Assembly: GCA_024277395.1 (NCBI GenBank)
Contig: JAJRVF010000101.1
Location: 1 to 39,526 of the forward strand
Length of the DNA: 39,526 bases
Origin: Campylobacterales bacterium
GTDB taxonomy: Bacteria > Campylobacterota > Campylobacteria > Campylobacterales > Sulfurimonadaceae
Direction of reading: 5' to 3'
A program made the position numbers and the translations under genes. Under the pieces are notes generated by a model. It did not search any database. It was not told the DNA's origin and saw nothing but the letters and a program-made list of their open reading frames with translations. This document shows positions 1 through 9,503 of the stretch, piece after piece. The stretch's first letter is position 1, and every line of letters starts with the position of its first letter.

Positions 1-1
1 C

Positions 2-619
2 GGACATGGAAAACACGGAAAACATGGTAAATCATGCGGTGATCGAGATGGACATGACGGACATGGAAATTGCGGACATCGACACAATCGTTGGTGCGGA
101 CACAATGGCGGCTACGGAACATGCGGACATCAACATAACCGCTGGTGTGGTTATGAGGAAGATGACAATGATGACAGCGAAAATGAACACAATTGTCCAC
201 CGTTGGATCCGGTTAAAAAACTTAAGGATTCCGATGCAACAAACTACATTGATTGTTTGAACCTGATTAATCCGGTTGGAACATCGGTAGTTGAAGTGTA
301 TGATGATATTGTCTATTTCAATGATTACAATGAAAAAGAGGTCGGACTTGCTACTTTTGAGTTGGACAGCGTCGTTGATTTTACCTCAATGTTGACCTTT
401 ACAGCGACGATTGATGAGGGACTTTTCATGCCACGTATGAGTGGTGATGATGGACAATATATGACTACTGATGTCAAAGTTACCAAGCAGTACGGATTTA
501 TCTTTCCGGATGATATTGACTTGACAGAGTTGAATTTTACGACATGGGGACGTTCGTTTACAGGCTCTATTGAAGATCTTTCGGTAACAGAAATAACGAA
601 TGATAATCTTCTTGACTAG
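2..619 (+). CDS. 3' part of a CDS running off the left edge: a His/Gly/Cys-rich repeat region followed by an unrecognised C-terminal domain of about 140 aa
   Basis: The frame starting at nt 2 is open to the TAG at 617-619 and is the same frame as the listed ORF 203..619. It translates as GHGKHGKHGKSCGDRDGHDGHGNCGHRHNRWCGHNGGYGTCGHQHNRWCGYEEDDNDD... The listed ORF 6..260 is in another frame and looks spurious. Confidence 0.6.
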   Translation, partial: GHGKHGKHGKSCGDRDGHDGHGNCGHRHNRWCGHNGGYGTCGHQHNRWCGYEEDDNDDSENEHNCPPLDPVKKLKDSDATNYIDCLNLINPVGTSVVEVYDDIVYFNDYNEKEVGLATFELDSVVDFTSMLTFTATIDEGLFMPRMSGDDGQYMTTDVKVTKQYGFIFPDDIDLTELNFTTWGRSFTGSIEDLSVTEITNDNLLD

Positions 620-654
620 ATAGTTCTTGTTGTTGAAAAAACATAAAAACTCCT

Positions 655-690
655 GAATCTGGGCTTGCCCCGGATTCACTCTCTTTATTT
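655..690 (+). terminator. Rho-independent terminator candidate after the left-edge CDS
   Basis: GAATCTGGG-cttgc-CCCGGATTC forms a 9-bp stem with one G-U pair (655-677), followed by the T-rich tract ctctctttattt. Confidence 0.55.
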
Positions 691-696
691 ATATAG

Positions 697-736
697 TATG
701 AGTTGATTGACATACGCTCAACCTTTATGCTATAAT
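697..736 (+). promoter_or_regulatory. cbpA-hspR promoter with an overlapping inverted repeat that may be an HspR operator
   Basis: TTGACA (707-712), 18 nt, TATAAT (731-736) with TGn extension (728-736). The inverted repeat TATGAGT...GCTCAAC (697-722) resembles the HAIR half-sites TTGAGT/ACTCAA, but the spacing is about N12 rather than N7. Confidence 0.45.
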
Positions 737-773
737 CTGCATTAAATATTAAACAATTATTAGGAAATCAATA

Positions 774-1664
774 ATGAGTAACAGTTTATATGAGACACTG
801 GGCGTTAGCGCTGGTGCCAGTGAAGCAGAAATAAAAAAAGCCTATCGTAAGTTGGCACGGCAGTATCATCCCGATGTTAACAAAGAGTCCGGTGCTGAGG
901 AGAAGTTTAAAGAGATAAATGCCGCGTATGAGGTTTTAAGTGATAAAGAGAAGCGTGCCAAATATGATCAGTATGGTGATGCCATGTTTGGCGGTCAAAA
1001 TTTTCATGATTTTGCGCAGGGTCAAGGTGCCGGTGTCGATTTAGATGAGATATTACGTAATATTTTTGGTGGCGGCGGATTTAGTAGTGGTGGCTTTAGC
1101 GGAGCCGGCGGCTTTAGCGGCAGTTTTGGCGGTGGGGGATTCTCTTCACAACAGCAGAGTATGAATCTTGATGTTGAAGCCAATGTGACCATACCGTTCC
1201 ATGTGGCTGCTTTAGGCGGTAAGCATTCGGTATCGCTTCAGGGTGATAGCTTTGATATTAAGATCCCTGCCGGTATTAAGGCCGGAGAGAAGCTTCGTGT
1301 CCGCGGAAAAGGAAAATCGGCGGGAGGACAAAGCGGTGATCTGTATCTTAAAATACATGTAGCTCCCAGCAGTGAGTATGAGCGTGAAGGTGATGATCTG
1401 ATAAAAAATTTTGATGTATCACTGCACCATGCTCTTTTTGGCGGAAAAATTGCTATTGATACGCTTGAGAAAGAGATTAAACTTAAAGTTCCTGAAAATA
1501 CCAAAAATGGACAACGTTTCCGTGTTAAGGGAATGGGGATAAAAAATCGTAAAAGCGGTGATCGGGGTGACTTGTATTTGCAAGCCAATGTTGTCTTGCC
1601 TAAAGTTAGTGATTTAGATGACGATCTTGTTGAGATGATGAAAAAGAAACTTCCAAAGGAGTAG
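774..1664 (+). CDS. cbpA: Curved-DNA-binding co-chaperone CbpA (DnaJ family, no zinc finger)
   Basis: N-terminal J domain ([16 protein letters not shown] motif), a G/F-rich linker and a DnaJ C-terminal domain. It is followed directly by hspR, as in the Helicobacter/Campylobacter cbpA-hspR operon. Confidence 0.85.
   Translation: MSNSLYETLGVSAGASEAEIKKAYRKLARQYHPDVNKESGAEEKFKEINAAYEVLSDKEKRAKYDQYGDAMFGGQNFHDFAQGQGAGVDLDEILRNIFGGGGFSSGGFSGAGGFSGSFGGGGFSSQQQSMNLDVEANVTIPFHVAALGGKHSVSLQGDSFDIKIPAGIKAGEKLRVRGKGKSAGGQSGDLYLKIHVAPSSEYEREGDDLIKNFDVSLHHALFGGKIAIDTLEKEIKLKVPENTKNGQRFRVKGMGIKNRKSGDRGDLYLQANVVLPKVSDLDDDLVEMMKKKLPKE
1354..1361. repeat. Iterated palindrome copy 1 (TACATGTA core)
   Basis: aaaaTACATGTAgctc, inside cbpA, read as I-H-V. 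Confidence 0.9.
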
Positions 1665-1668
1665 GGGA

Positions 1669-2046
1669 ATGCACCATTATGATGAACCGGTTTATCTCAT
1701 TAGTATTGTGTCTAAAATTTTGGACATTCACCCGCAGACACTGCGCCAATACGAGCGGGAAAATTTAATTACACCGTCGCGTTCGAATGGGAGAATTCGT
1801 CTTTATTCACAACGAGATATTGACAAAATAAAGATGATTCTGCGTCTGACACGTGAATTGGGAGTGAATTTGGCCGGTGTCGATATTGCCATTCGACTAA
1901 AAGAGCAAATTGAAGTGATGGAGCAAGAGATTGCGGAACTGCGTCATGCTCTTGCGTTGACACGAAACAGCGGTAGCGTTCCGCCTGAAAAGTCACTAGT
2001 AACCAAGCGAAGTGTCTATGAGATGATCATCTTTGAAGATGATTAA
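1669..2046 (+). CDS. hspR: Heat-shock transcriptional repressor HspR (MerR family)
   Basis: MerR-type helix-turn-helix (YLISIVSKILDIHPQTLRQYERENLITPSRSNGRIRLYSQRDI). It starts 5 nt after the cbpA stop and has an AAGGAG RBS. Confidence 0.85.
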   Translation: MHHYDEPVYLISIVSKILDIHPQTLRQYERENLITPSRSNGRIRLYSQRDIDKIKMILRLTRELGVNLAGVDIAIRLKEQIEVMEQEIAELRHALALTRNSGSVPPEKSLVTKRSVYEMIIFEDD

Positions 2047-2056
2047 AACAGTAAGA

Positions 2057-3319
2057 TTATTCTTTAGAGCGTTTCATGATCGCACCCAGGGTCTGAAATT
2101 TGCTTTCAAGCTTTTCGTAACCTCTGTCGAGATGATAGATGCGATGAATGTCAGTTTCTCCTTCAGCGACAAGCGCTGCTAAGACAAGAGCACTTGATGC
2201 TCGCAGATCAGTAGCCATAACATCGCTTCCCGAAAGTTTAGAAGGGCCTGTGATGGTTGCTATATGCCCGCTAAGTTTAATATCTGCGCCCAAACGCTGC
2301 AGTTCGCTGACATGCATAAAACGGTTTTCAAATAACCGTTCTTCAATGGTAGATGTTCCCTCGGCTTGCGTACACAGTGCCATAAACTGTGCTTGCATGT
2401 CAGTAGGAAACCCGGGGTACTCCTGCGTAACAATAGTCACCGGCTTAATGGTTTGTGTCGGGTGAATGGTAATGGTATGATCCGTAATATCACAGTAAAA
2501 TCCCATCTCTTCAAGCTTGGCAATAACCGTCTCTAAGTGTTTGGGCTGTACATGAGTCAGTGTCAGGGTCGAGTTTGTGATGGCTCCGGCACACAGATAG
2601 GTCCCTGCTTCAATGCGATCAGGAATAACGTCAAATGAGTTCATCTCAAGAAGGGTTCTGTTGGTACCGTGAATGGTTAGGTAGGCACTGCCGATTCCCT
2701 CAATAGCAACACCGCTTTGGTACAATACTTCACATAATTGTACTACTTCAGGCTCACGTGCCGCATTGGTAATCGTGGTGGTGCCTTGGGCGAGAGCAGC
2801 TGCCATAACAATATTTGCCGTTCCGGTGACTGTGATTTTATCAAATACTATGGCCGCTCCAGTAAGACCCTTGGGTGCTTCAGCAACAATATAACCACTT
2901 TTAATGGTAATGGTCGCTCCCATCTTCTCCAATGCTTTAAGATGCAGATCAATGGGACGTTGTCCGATGGCACAGCCTCCTGGAAGGGAGACGGCGCAAT
3001 GTCCAAAGCGTGTGAGCAGCGGTCCTAAAACCAATATGGAGGCACGCATGGTTTTAACAATATCATAAGTAGCTTTGGTGTTACGTAAACAGCAGGTGTC
3101 AATAGTGATGCAATGATTGTCAAAAGTGTACGTGGCACCAAGATTCTGCAACAGTTTGAGGAGGGTTTTAATATCAACGACTTCGGGTACGTTGCCAATA
3201 GAGACCGCATTTTTTGCAAGAAGCGTCATGGCAATCAGCGGTAAAGCAGCATTCTTGGCTCCGGAAATAGCAATGCTGCCTTCTAGTGGTGTATGACGTT
3301 GTATCTGCAAATAGTCCAT
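2057..3319 (-). CDS. murA: UDP-N-acetylglucosamine 1-carboxyvinyltransferase
   Basis: 420 aa with a full-length MurA-like sequence ([13 protein letters not shown]..., [16 protein letters not shown] including the active-site Cys, ...[11 protein letters not shown]). Confidence 0.92.
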   Translation of the reverse strand: MDYLQIQRHTPLEGSIAISGAKNAALPLIAMTLLAKNAVSIGNVPEVVDIKTLLKLLQNLGATYTFDNHCITIDTCCLRNTKATYDIVKTMRASILVLGPLLTRFGHCAVSLPGGCAIGQRPIDLHLKALEKMGATITIKSGYIVAEAPKGLTGAAIVFDKITVTGTANIVMAAALAQGTTTITNAAREPEVVQLCEVLYQSGVAIEGIGSAYLTIHGTNRTLLEMNSFDVIPDRIEAGTYLCAGAITNSTLTLTHVQPKHLETVIAKLEEMGFYCDITDHTITIHPTQTIKPVTIVTQEYPGFPTDMQAQFMALCTQAEGTSTIEERLFENRFMHVSELQRLGADIKLSGHIATITGPSKLSGSDVMATDLRASSALVLAALVAEGETDIHRIYHLDRGYEKLESKFQTLGAIMKRSKE

Positions 3320-3353
3320 GGTTGCCCTATATAGTAAAAGTTGGGTATTATAA

Positions 3354-4793
3354 TCAAGAGATCTTTAAATCTTCGACCGATTGTCGAATATTTTGGGAAT
3401 GACGCTCTTGGGCATGCAAAGAGTCAATGTCTAATGTTTGTTTGCAGACAATACGTTTTCCGCGAGATGTTTTGTCAATTCTCTTTACCGTCTGGATATC
3501 AAAATCAATGGCTCCTTTGAAGAGCGCGTTCATCTCTTGTGCGATCTTTTCGGTATTGATATTGTCGCCTTCAAGCAAGACGGTTGCTTTGCCGATATCA
3601 CTTTGGATGTACTGAATTGCATGTATATTCTCAGCAGCCAAGCATGCTCTGTTTGAGGTTGTTGTTGCTGAAGTTATTGATGTTATTGAGAGCAGCCGAT
3701 GATCTTTGGTTACAAGAAAATCCTGTGTACGTCCTTCAATGTGCTCAATACTGCGGACGATATCACTATGTTGGTAATAGCTAGTTTTTCCTATAGCCCG
3801 ATCGGCTGTTTTGTAGTTTATAAAGGGCATCACGAAATTATCAAAACTGGTGGTAACCATCTCTTCATCAATAATACGTACCAAGCCGTATGACGACAGA
3901 AAATGATAGTGCTTGTCATTGATGCGATAGGCAATGGCATTGCGTTCGGTATGGCCGTAGTGGGTCAGCACATCGACGTTGAAAAAATCTTGAATCGTTC
4001 GCAGTTCATCAGGATAGAGTGTCTCTGAAGCGACAATAATACCCTCAAGGGCAATGGGTGAGAGGCTGTATCGTCGTGACTGTTTAATAAAACTCAACAG
4101 AGCACTTGGATAACCAATAAAAAATTTGGGTTTAAATCCTAACGCTTTTTTATGAATGAGAGGAAATACATCGGAGTTGATATAGTTGCTGCAAAGAAAA
4201 AAATAGTTGTCAACCGGTTCATGTTCCCAAAACGTATTTTTATGAGGTTTGAATACCTCCCGTCCCCGTGATAAAAGAGCACGATCTCGGTACGTATAGC
4301 CGATTTTTGAAAAAATATAATTATTATAGGCTTTTTCTTTGGCTCGAGAAGAAGCAGGCAAAAAGTATTTTGTCGGTGTAGAAAGAGAGCCGCCTGAAAA
4401 GTAGGCTACAGGTGTTTCTGCGATATCCGTATGCAGGATATCTATTTTGGTTTTAATTGTAGGTTTATCAAGCAATGGGAATTTTTTAATATCTTCTAGC
4501 GATTTGAACATGGACGGTGATACACCGTATTGGGAAAACAGATCCGTGTAGTACGGAATATGCTCCTGGGAAAACAGCAGCGTCTCTAAAGTTTTGTTGT
4601 ATAAAAAATCGAGTTGAAATTGGGATGAGCCGTTTTCAAATTGTTCTATAAGTTTCTGATGGATACTAAAATGCTTTCCAAAACGAATGGAGAGCGGAAT
4701 ATTACCGTAAAGCGACCCCAAAAACGTTTTAAGAGATTGTGGAAAACTGTAATAAACATCTCTGTACTGGTGCAATACCTCTTCGAATGTCAC
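3354..4793 (-). CDS. Adenylate-forming enzyme of the phenylacetate-CoA ligase / CapK / F390-synthetase family
   Basis: 479 aa with a GTG start preceded by AAGG. The N-terminal region (IPYYTDLF...[14 protein letters not shown]) and overall length resemble the PaaK/CapK family. The call rests on recalled family motifs only. Confidence 0.45.
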   Translation of the reverse strand: MTFEEVLHQYRDVYYSFPQSLKTFLGSLYGNIPLSIRFGKHFSIHQKLIEQFENGSSQFQLDFLYNKTLETLLFSQEHIPYYTDLFSQYGVSPSMFKSLEDIKKFPLLDKPTIKTKIDILHTDIAETPVAYFSGGSLSTPTKYFLPASSRAKEKAYNNYIFSKIGYTYRDRALLSRGREVFKPHKNTFWEHEPVDNYFFLCSNYINSDVFPLIHKKALGFKPKFFIGYPSALLSFIKQSRRYSLSPIALEGIIVASETLYPDELRTIQDFFNVDVLTHYGHTERNAIAYRINDKHYHFLSSYGLVRIIDEEMVTTSFDNFVMPFINYKTADRAIGKTSYYQHSDIVRSIEHIEGRTQDFLVTKDHRLLSITSITSATTTSNRACLAAENIHAIQYIQSDIGKATVLLEGDNINTEKIAQEMNALFKGAIDFDIQTVKRIDKTSRGKRIVCKQTLDIDSLHAQERHSQNIRQSVEDLKIS

Positions 4794-4906
4794 AAAAAAA
4801 CCTTATCTGTTATTAGGTGAGAGTATAAGCTATATGCTATTAAGGTTATATAAAATTCTTAACTAAAATGATAAAGAAACACTCTTTTTAAGAGATAATG
4901 GAAAAC

Positions 4907-4915
4907 TGCTATAAT
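4907..4915 (+). promoter_or_regulatory. Extended -10 box (TGCTATAAT) for the 4942-6617 operon
   Basis: TGCTATAAT lies 27 nt upstream of the GTG at 4942, within a 148-nt AT-rich intergenic region. Confidence 0.45.
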
Positions 4916-4941
4916 GCAGAAAAACTTTTTGAAGGACTATT

Positions 4942-5364
4942 GTGAGTTCGGCACTGGATCGACTGAAAAGTCTTACGGCTAAAATTACGAGTTATGAGCT
5001 TTCTCGTAAAGAGAATTTAAAAGCACTAGAACATCTGTATGAATCACTCAATATTAACGACAAAGTTGCTTCTTTTGAAGATCTGTTTTACTTTAAAGCC
5101 ATTAATCTCTCGGGCATCTCACTTCACCGTGAAGATCTTGGCGCCGTTAAAGAGAAAAGATATGTCCAGATTATTGCCATTATTTATGATAAGACCAGTA
5201 AAGTAAAAAACAAAAACAGCTCCTTGGGGTATTTCGGACGTTCTGAAAAACTTGATGCTGCACTCAAAGATGAGATTGTTTCTTTTGTGCTGCGGTGGCG
5301 CTTTGAGAAGAGTTTTATGACCCTGGAACACTATCATGGTATGATCAATACATTGGAGAAATAG
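4942..5364 (+). CDS. Hypothetical protein (140 aa)
   Basis: GTG start preceded by GAAGGA. No family recognised. First gene of a tightly packed three-gene unit. Confidence 0.5.
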   Translation: MSSALDRLKSLTAKITSYELSRKENLKALEHLYESLNINDKVASFEDLFYFKAINLSGISLHREDLGAVKEKRYVQIIAIIYDKTSKVKNKNSSLGYFGRSEKLDAALKDEIVSFVLRWRFEKSFMTLEHYHGMINTLEK

Positions 5365-5370
5365 TGTACA

Positions 5371-5907
5371 ATGAGACAAGCACTCTTTAGAATATGGCTA
5401 CGTTGGGCTGTATGGGCAACCCTTTTTAGTCTTATGGGCGCATTCGTTGTCGCTTTTGGTATGACGCTTGCGTTCTATCTTCTCAAAGGAGCGGTATCGC
5501 TAGAAGATGATGTGCTTAATGCATTGGGCGGTATTTTACTGTTTTGGTTCAGCGTATGTTGGAGTTTAGCATTGCCGTTAGGTACTTTTTTGGGGATGAA
5601 ACAGCTTTTTTCCCGATGTGTCGCAGGCTATAGGCTGCAGCTTTTTACATGTAGTTTGGAGCGTGTTGAGAAAGTGCAATACAGTGACGTCATTAAGGCA
5701 TGGCGCAAGTGGCTTTTTTTGACGATTTGGGGTGTTGCGGTTGGTGTGCTGATCATTACGGCAGTGCAAATAGTGATGCAAGGCAGAGCAGATATGTCAT
5801 TGTGGTTTCATAGTTATGTTTTGTACATTTTAATCATGCTCTCATCATTGGCAACACTGGCTTTGATGGTGCGACGATGTCCCTCGATTGTGCTGGAACG
5901 ATGCTGA
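5371..5907 (+). CDS. Hypothetical integral membrane protein (about 4 TM segments)
   Basis: Four long hydrophobic stretches (e.g. WAVWATLFSLMGAFVVAFGMTLAFYLL, LFLTIWGVAVGVLIITAV). It starts 7 nt after the previous stop. No family recognised. Confidence 0.5.
   Translation: MRQALFRIWLRWAVWATLFSLMGAFVVAFGMTLAFYLLKGAVSLEDDVLNALGGILLFWFSVCWSLALPLGTFLGMKQLFSRCVAGYRLQLFTCSLERVEKVQYSDVIKAWRKWLFLTIWGVAVGVLIITAVQIVMQGRADMSLWFHSYVLYILIMLSSLATLALMVRRCPSIVLERC
5646..5653. repeat. Iterated palindrome copy 2 (TTTACATGTAg)
   Basis: ttttTACATGTAgttt, inside the membrane-protein gene, read as F-T-C-S. Confidence 0.9.
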
Positions 5908-6617
5908 TCTTTTTAGATGTTGAAACTACGGGCTTGGCGGCTACAGATCGTATATGTTCAGTGGGCGCTATTGCAATGGAGAATAAAAAAGTATCGCTTT
6001 GTGACGAACTGATTCACCCGCAGCAAAAGATTCGACCCGATTCAATGATGATACATCATATTACCAACGAAGTTATCCGTGACAAACCCTCTTTTGCCAA
6101 CTCACCGGCATCAACATGGCTGAACGAACGTAATGAGAGTATGCATATTCTGGTGCTACATAATAGTACTTTTGAGCTGCAGATGCTGCAAAAAGAAGGA
6201 TTTCTCTGGCAGGGAGAGGTGATTGATACACTAAAATGCGTACGCCACCTTATTCCTGAGTGTGAGCAGTTCTCATTACAGTTTCTGCGCTACGAACTAC
6301 AGCTGTACAAGCACGAAGCGGCATTAGTGGAGTCTTTGGGCATTGCTGCTGTACGACCGCACCATGCATTAAGTGATGCGCTACATGTAAAAATGCTTTA
6401 TGACTATTTGCGAGATCTGGCAGATGATGCCGCCTTGCGTACCCTCTCAACGACACCGGTGTTAATACAGAAGTTTTATTTTGGGAAATACAAAGGGCGC
6501 TATATTGAAGAGATTGCGATGCAGGACAGACAATATTTAGAGTGGCTTCTGCAGCAATGTGATGAGCATAATGATGATTTGCACTACAGTATTGGTTACT
6601 ACCTGTCGCTATTGTAG
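5901..6617 (+). CDS. DnaQ-like DEDDh 3'-5' exonuclease with a C-terminal DUF3820-like domain
   Basis: Exo I motif LIFLDVETTGL, Exo II-like LHNSTFELQML, Exo III HHALSDALH, and a C-terminal FYFGKYKGRYIEEI...YLEWLL. The ATG at 5901 gives the typical MLIFLDVETTG N-terminus and overlaps the upstream stop (ATGCTGA). The listed ORF starts at 5877. Confidence 0.7.
   Translation: MLIFLDVETTGLAATDRICSVGAIAMENKKVSLCDELIHPQQKIRPDSMMIHHITNEVIRDKPSFANSPASTWLNERNESMHILVLHNSTFELQMLQKEGFLWQGEVIDTLKCVRHLIPECEQFSLQFLRYELQLYKHEAALVESLGIAAVRPHHALSDALHVKMLYDYLRDLADDAALRTLSTTPVLIQKFYFGKYKGRYIEEIAMQDRQYLEWLLQQCDEHNDDLHYSIGYYLSLL
6382..6389. repeat. Iterated palindrome copy 3 (cTACATGTAAA)
   Basis: gcgcTACATGTAaaaa, inside the exonuclease gene, read as L-H-V-K. 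Confidence 0.9.
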
Positions 6618-6652
6618 TATAATTCAGAAGATTTTTTAAGGGATTTTTTATC

Positions 6653-8485
6653 ATGATGAAACGACAAGTATTGTGTTTTCTGCTTCTGTTCGGATTCATT
6701 GCAGCACCCTTATATGCCAACAATCTTCTTGATGATTTTATTCTCAAGCAGATTGAGACTGAGAAGAGATTCTTAGATCAGAACTTAAGCAGTGATGTGA
6801 TTGAAACCCTCATTAAAAAACAGCATCACGCCTATAAAAACTTTTTTCTAGAGTTAATTTCTACAAAAGAGACGCTAGCTCCCTACCGTGATGCCTATGC
6901 CGATGAAATAGCCGTACTGCAGCGCCGTATGCTCATCAACCAGCAGCGCAACAATACCAAAGCGTACCAAAGAGATGCAATTAAGGTGGGTACCTATCGA
7001 CTATTGAGCAATATACGTAAAACCATATATGAGGTCATCAAAGCAACGCAATATAAAGATGAGAAGGCATTTTATGATGCCATTGATGCCATCATAGCAC
7101 ATCGCCACCATGATGAAAATCTTCTTGATATGCAGGTATACAAAAAACTGCAACACAGTGATGCCGCGGGTGGTGATATTGCCAACAGGATTCGTGACAA
7201 TCTCATAGAGTATGAAGCCGTACTGAATGTTAACAATACGCTGAGTTCTGAATTGGTACGCTACAAAAAAACGATGTATGATGCCGTTAAACTGTCATCA
7301 TTTGGTCTGATCTCCCTAGGATATAAAATTAATAGCAGTGCAGCAGGAGAACTGGTGAACAGTTATGTTTCATGGAGTGGACTCAACAGTGCAAAGCTGG
7401 TGTTCATTGTCACTATTTTGTTTATTGTTTATTTGCTAAGAAAAATCATTGTAACATTAACGGGAGTAGTGCTAAAACGATTTTTTAACCGCTCTGCCGA
7501 TATTACCTATATTGTTCAAAGTGTCTCCGGCGTGTTAAGTTTGTTAATGCTCGTTATTACCCTTGACATTATTGTTGAGATCTATGCCGGATTTTCTGAA
7601 GTACTTTGGTTGGATAAAACCTTTAGTATCATTTACACCGTGCTTATTACCTATTTGGTTTATCGCTTGCTTAATGCCGTGGCCATTGTTAAAATGGAGC
7701 ATTTTCGGCGGTCGCAATATTTGCGTCACGAGGTCATTAACCTAGCCCTTCGTGTGATTAATGTCATTATCTATTTTGTCGGTTTTATTGTCGTCTTGAA
7801 ACTTTCCGATGTCGATTTAAGTGCGATTCTCTCCGGCCTTGGCATTGGGGGATTTGCCGTTGCTTTTGCTGCAAAAGACACCATTGCCAATTTTTTCGGT
7901 TCCGTCTCTATTTTAATGGGCGATCTGTTTGAGCAGGGAGATTGGATTGAAGTGGACGGTTATGAGGGAACGGTTGTTGAGATTGGTCTGCGGGCAACGA
8001 CCATTCGAACATTTGATAATGCCATGATTGCCATTCCCAATTTCAAATTGGCAGATAATGGGCTGAAGAACTGGAGTAAACGGCAGTTGGGACGGCGCAT
8101 CAAGATGCATATCGGTGTGACGTATGAATCTGATTTTGAAGATATTAAAAAAGCGGTGCATGAGATTCGGCAGATGCTTATTGATCATGAGGGTATCTCC
8201 AATACCAATGAGAAAATATCGTATGCCGAGCGGTATGCCAAACTGGTCTCAAAAGAGGACTACAAAGGAATTAAACGTAATATTTTAGTCTATATGGATC
8301 GGTTTTCCGATTCGAGTATTGATATTTTGATCTACTGTTTCAGTAAATCAGTCGTCTGGAGTGAATGGTTGGAGGTTAAAGAAGATGTTATGTATAAGAT
8401 TGCTACAATTTTAGAACAGAATAATTTAAGTTTTGCCTACCCCGCTATGGCAATACACTATGTCAAAAGTGAGGATGAAATATGA
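6653..8485 (+). CDS. Mechanosensitive ion channel, MscS family, with a large N-terminal periplasmic domain (MscK-like architecture)
   Basis: Signal-like N-terminus, several TM segments, and the MscS core GDWIEVDGYEGTVVEIGLRATTIRTFDNAMIAIPNFKLADNGLKNWS. Confidence 0.8.
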   Translation: MMKRQVLCFLLLFGFIAAPLYANNLLDDFILKQIETEKRFLDQNLSSDVIETLIKKQHHAYKNFFLELISTKETLAPYRDAYADEIAVLQRRMLINQQRNNTKAYQRDAIKVGTYRLLSNIRKTIYEVIKATQYKDEKAFYDAIDAIIAHRHHDENLLDMQVYKKLQHSDAAGGDIANRIRDNLIEYEAVLNVNNTLSSELVRYKKTMYDAVKLSSFGLISLGYKINSSAAGELVNSYVSWSGLNSAKLVFIVTILFIVYLLRKIIVTLTGVVLKRFFNRSADITYIVQSVSGVLSLLMLVITLDIIVEIYAGFSEVLWLDKTFSIIYTVLITYLVYRLLNAVAIVKMEHFRRSQYLRHEVINLALRVINVIIYFVGFIVVLKLSDVDLSAILSGLGIGGFAVAFAAKDTIANFFGSVSILMGDLFEQGDWIEVDGYEGTVVEIGLRATTIRTFDNAMIAIPNFKLADNGLKNWSKRQLGRRIKMHIGVTYESDFEDIKKAVHEIRQMLIDHEGISNTNEKISYAERYAKLVSKEDYKGIKRNILVYMDRFSDSSIDILIYCFSKSVVWSEWLEVKEDVMYKIATILEQNNLSFAYPAMAIHYVKSEDEI

Positions 8486-8877
8486 AGGTCGCCGTTCAGT
8501 GTGCCTCGCCGCTGCTTCAAAAGTCATTGGAAATTTTCTTAAAGCCCTATTTGAGCTCTCTTAAGCAATGTGATGTGGTATTGCGTGATTATAAGGTCGA
8601 CGATGATGAATATTGCAGTCTCTATATTGCCTCAAGTGATGATGCTGATATTAAAAAGCCCTTTTCGGAAGTAGAGCTAAAGTTGATACTGCATAAAACA
8701 CTTCGCCGTGATGAGCCAGATACGAGTGAAGTTTCCGATTTGGCAGAGGCAGTTCAAGCGATCTCTGTAGCAGATGCACACCACTCTTACAAAGAGCTAG
8801 AAGCACATATAGAACAATTGACTCAAGAGTATCAGGCCAATATTTTAAAAGCGGTCAAAGCATTTTATGGCGCCTAA
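8482..8877 (+). CDS. Hypothetical protein (131 aa, acidic)
   Basis: ATGA overlap with the mscS-family stop. No recognisable domain. Confidence 0.45.
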   Translation: MKVAVQCASPLLQKSLEIFLKPYLSSLKQCDVVLRDYKVDDDEYCSLYIASSDDADIKKPFSEVELKLILHKTLRRDEPDTSEVSDLAEAVQAISVADAHHSYKELEAHIEQLTQEYQANILKAVKAFYGA

Positions 8878-9451
8878 ATCCTTTAGCAAAAAGATTATTG
8901 CCGGAACATTCAAAGGCAGGAGTATTGCACTTCCTTCCAAAACCACAACACGCAGTTCTAAAACCATTGTACTGGAATCGTTTTTTAATACCTTGCAGTT
9001 TGACATTGTTAACGCTGCTTTTGTAGAGGTGTTCAGCGGCAGCGGCTCGGTAGGTTTGGAGGCGTTGAGTCGCGGTGCGTCACATCTGTTGTTTATGGAG
9101 CAAGATCAAGAGGCTTTGCGAGTCTTGCAGCGCAATATTAATCAGACTGATCCTGCCAAATGCAAGATATTTCGGGGAGATAGTTTTCTAAATATTGCGC
9201 AGGTTATCGCCCATTTGCAGCATATTGAAGAAAAAGCCTATTTTTATATTGATCCACCCTTTTCCTATCGGGAAGGGATGGAAGCTGTTTATGATAAAAC
9301 AGTGACGCTCATAGCGACCCTGCCTCCAAGACAGACGCGCATGATTATTGTTGAGCATATGACAAAACTGACTCTTGAGAGCACAATAGGTCCCTACACG
9401 AAACAGAAGTCCAAACGATTCGGAAAAACTACGTTAACTTATTACATGTAG
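8867..9451 (+). CDS. rsmD: 16S rRNA (guanine966-N2)-methyltransferase RsmD-like
   Basis: SAM-binding motif VEVFSGSGSVGLEALSRGA and catalytic DPPF (YFYIDPPFSY). About 190 aa. Confidence 0.7.
   Translation: MAPKSFSKKIIAGTFKGRSIALPSKTTTRSSKTIVLESFFNTLQFDIVNAAFVEVFSGSGSVGLEALSRGASHLLFMEQDQEALRVLQRNINQTDPAKCKIFRGDSFLNIAQVIAHLQHIEEKAYFYIDPPFSYREGMEAVYDKTVTLIATLPPRQTRMIIVEHMTKLTLESTIGPYTKQKSKRFGKTTLTYYM
9443..9450. repeat. Iterated palindrome copy 4 (TACATGTAg core; its last three bases form the rsmD stop codon)
   Basis: ttatTACATGTAgttt, read as Y-M-stop. It lies 17 nt upstream of the sigma54 -24 element of flgI. Confidence 0.9.
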
Positions 9452-9466
9452 TTTTGCATGGTAATT

Positions 9467-9483
9467 TGGAACACCATTTGCTT
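9467..9483 (+). promoter_or_regulatory. Sigma54 (RpoN) promoter upstream of flgI
   Basis: TGGAACaccatTTGCTT has GG and GC separated by exactly 10 nt and matches the Campylobacter/Helicobacter -24/-12 consensus. It lies about 20 nt upstream of the flgI start. Confidence 0.7.
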
Positions 9484-9503
9484 TGGTTACTGATAAAGGT
9501 GGT

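Noticed and set aside
6-260. Met-rich 84-aa ORF at the left edge
   Set aside because: It overlaps, in a different frame, the longer open frame from nt 2 to 619, which continues into the listed 203..619 ORF. The Met/Asp/Thr-rich translation is the off-frame reading of the GGACAT repeats.
1066-1150. Tandem GGC/GGT/TTT/AGC-rich DNA repeats inside cbpA
   Set aside because: They encode the normal Gly/Phe-rich linker of DnaJ-family proteins ([27 protein letters not shown]). This is not a CRISPR array, a VNTR of independent interest or a mobile element.
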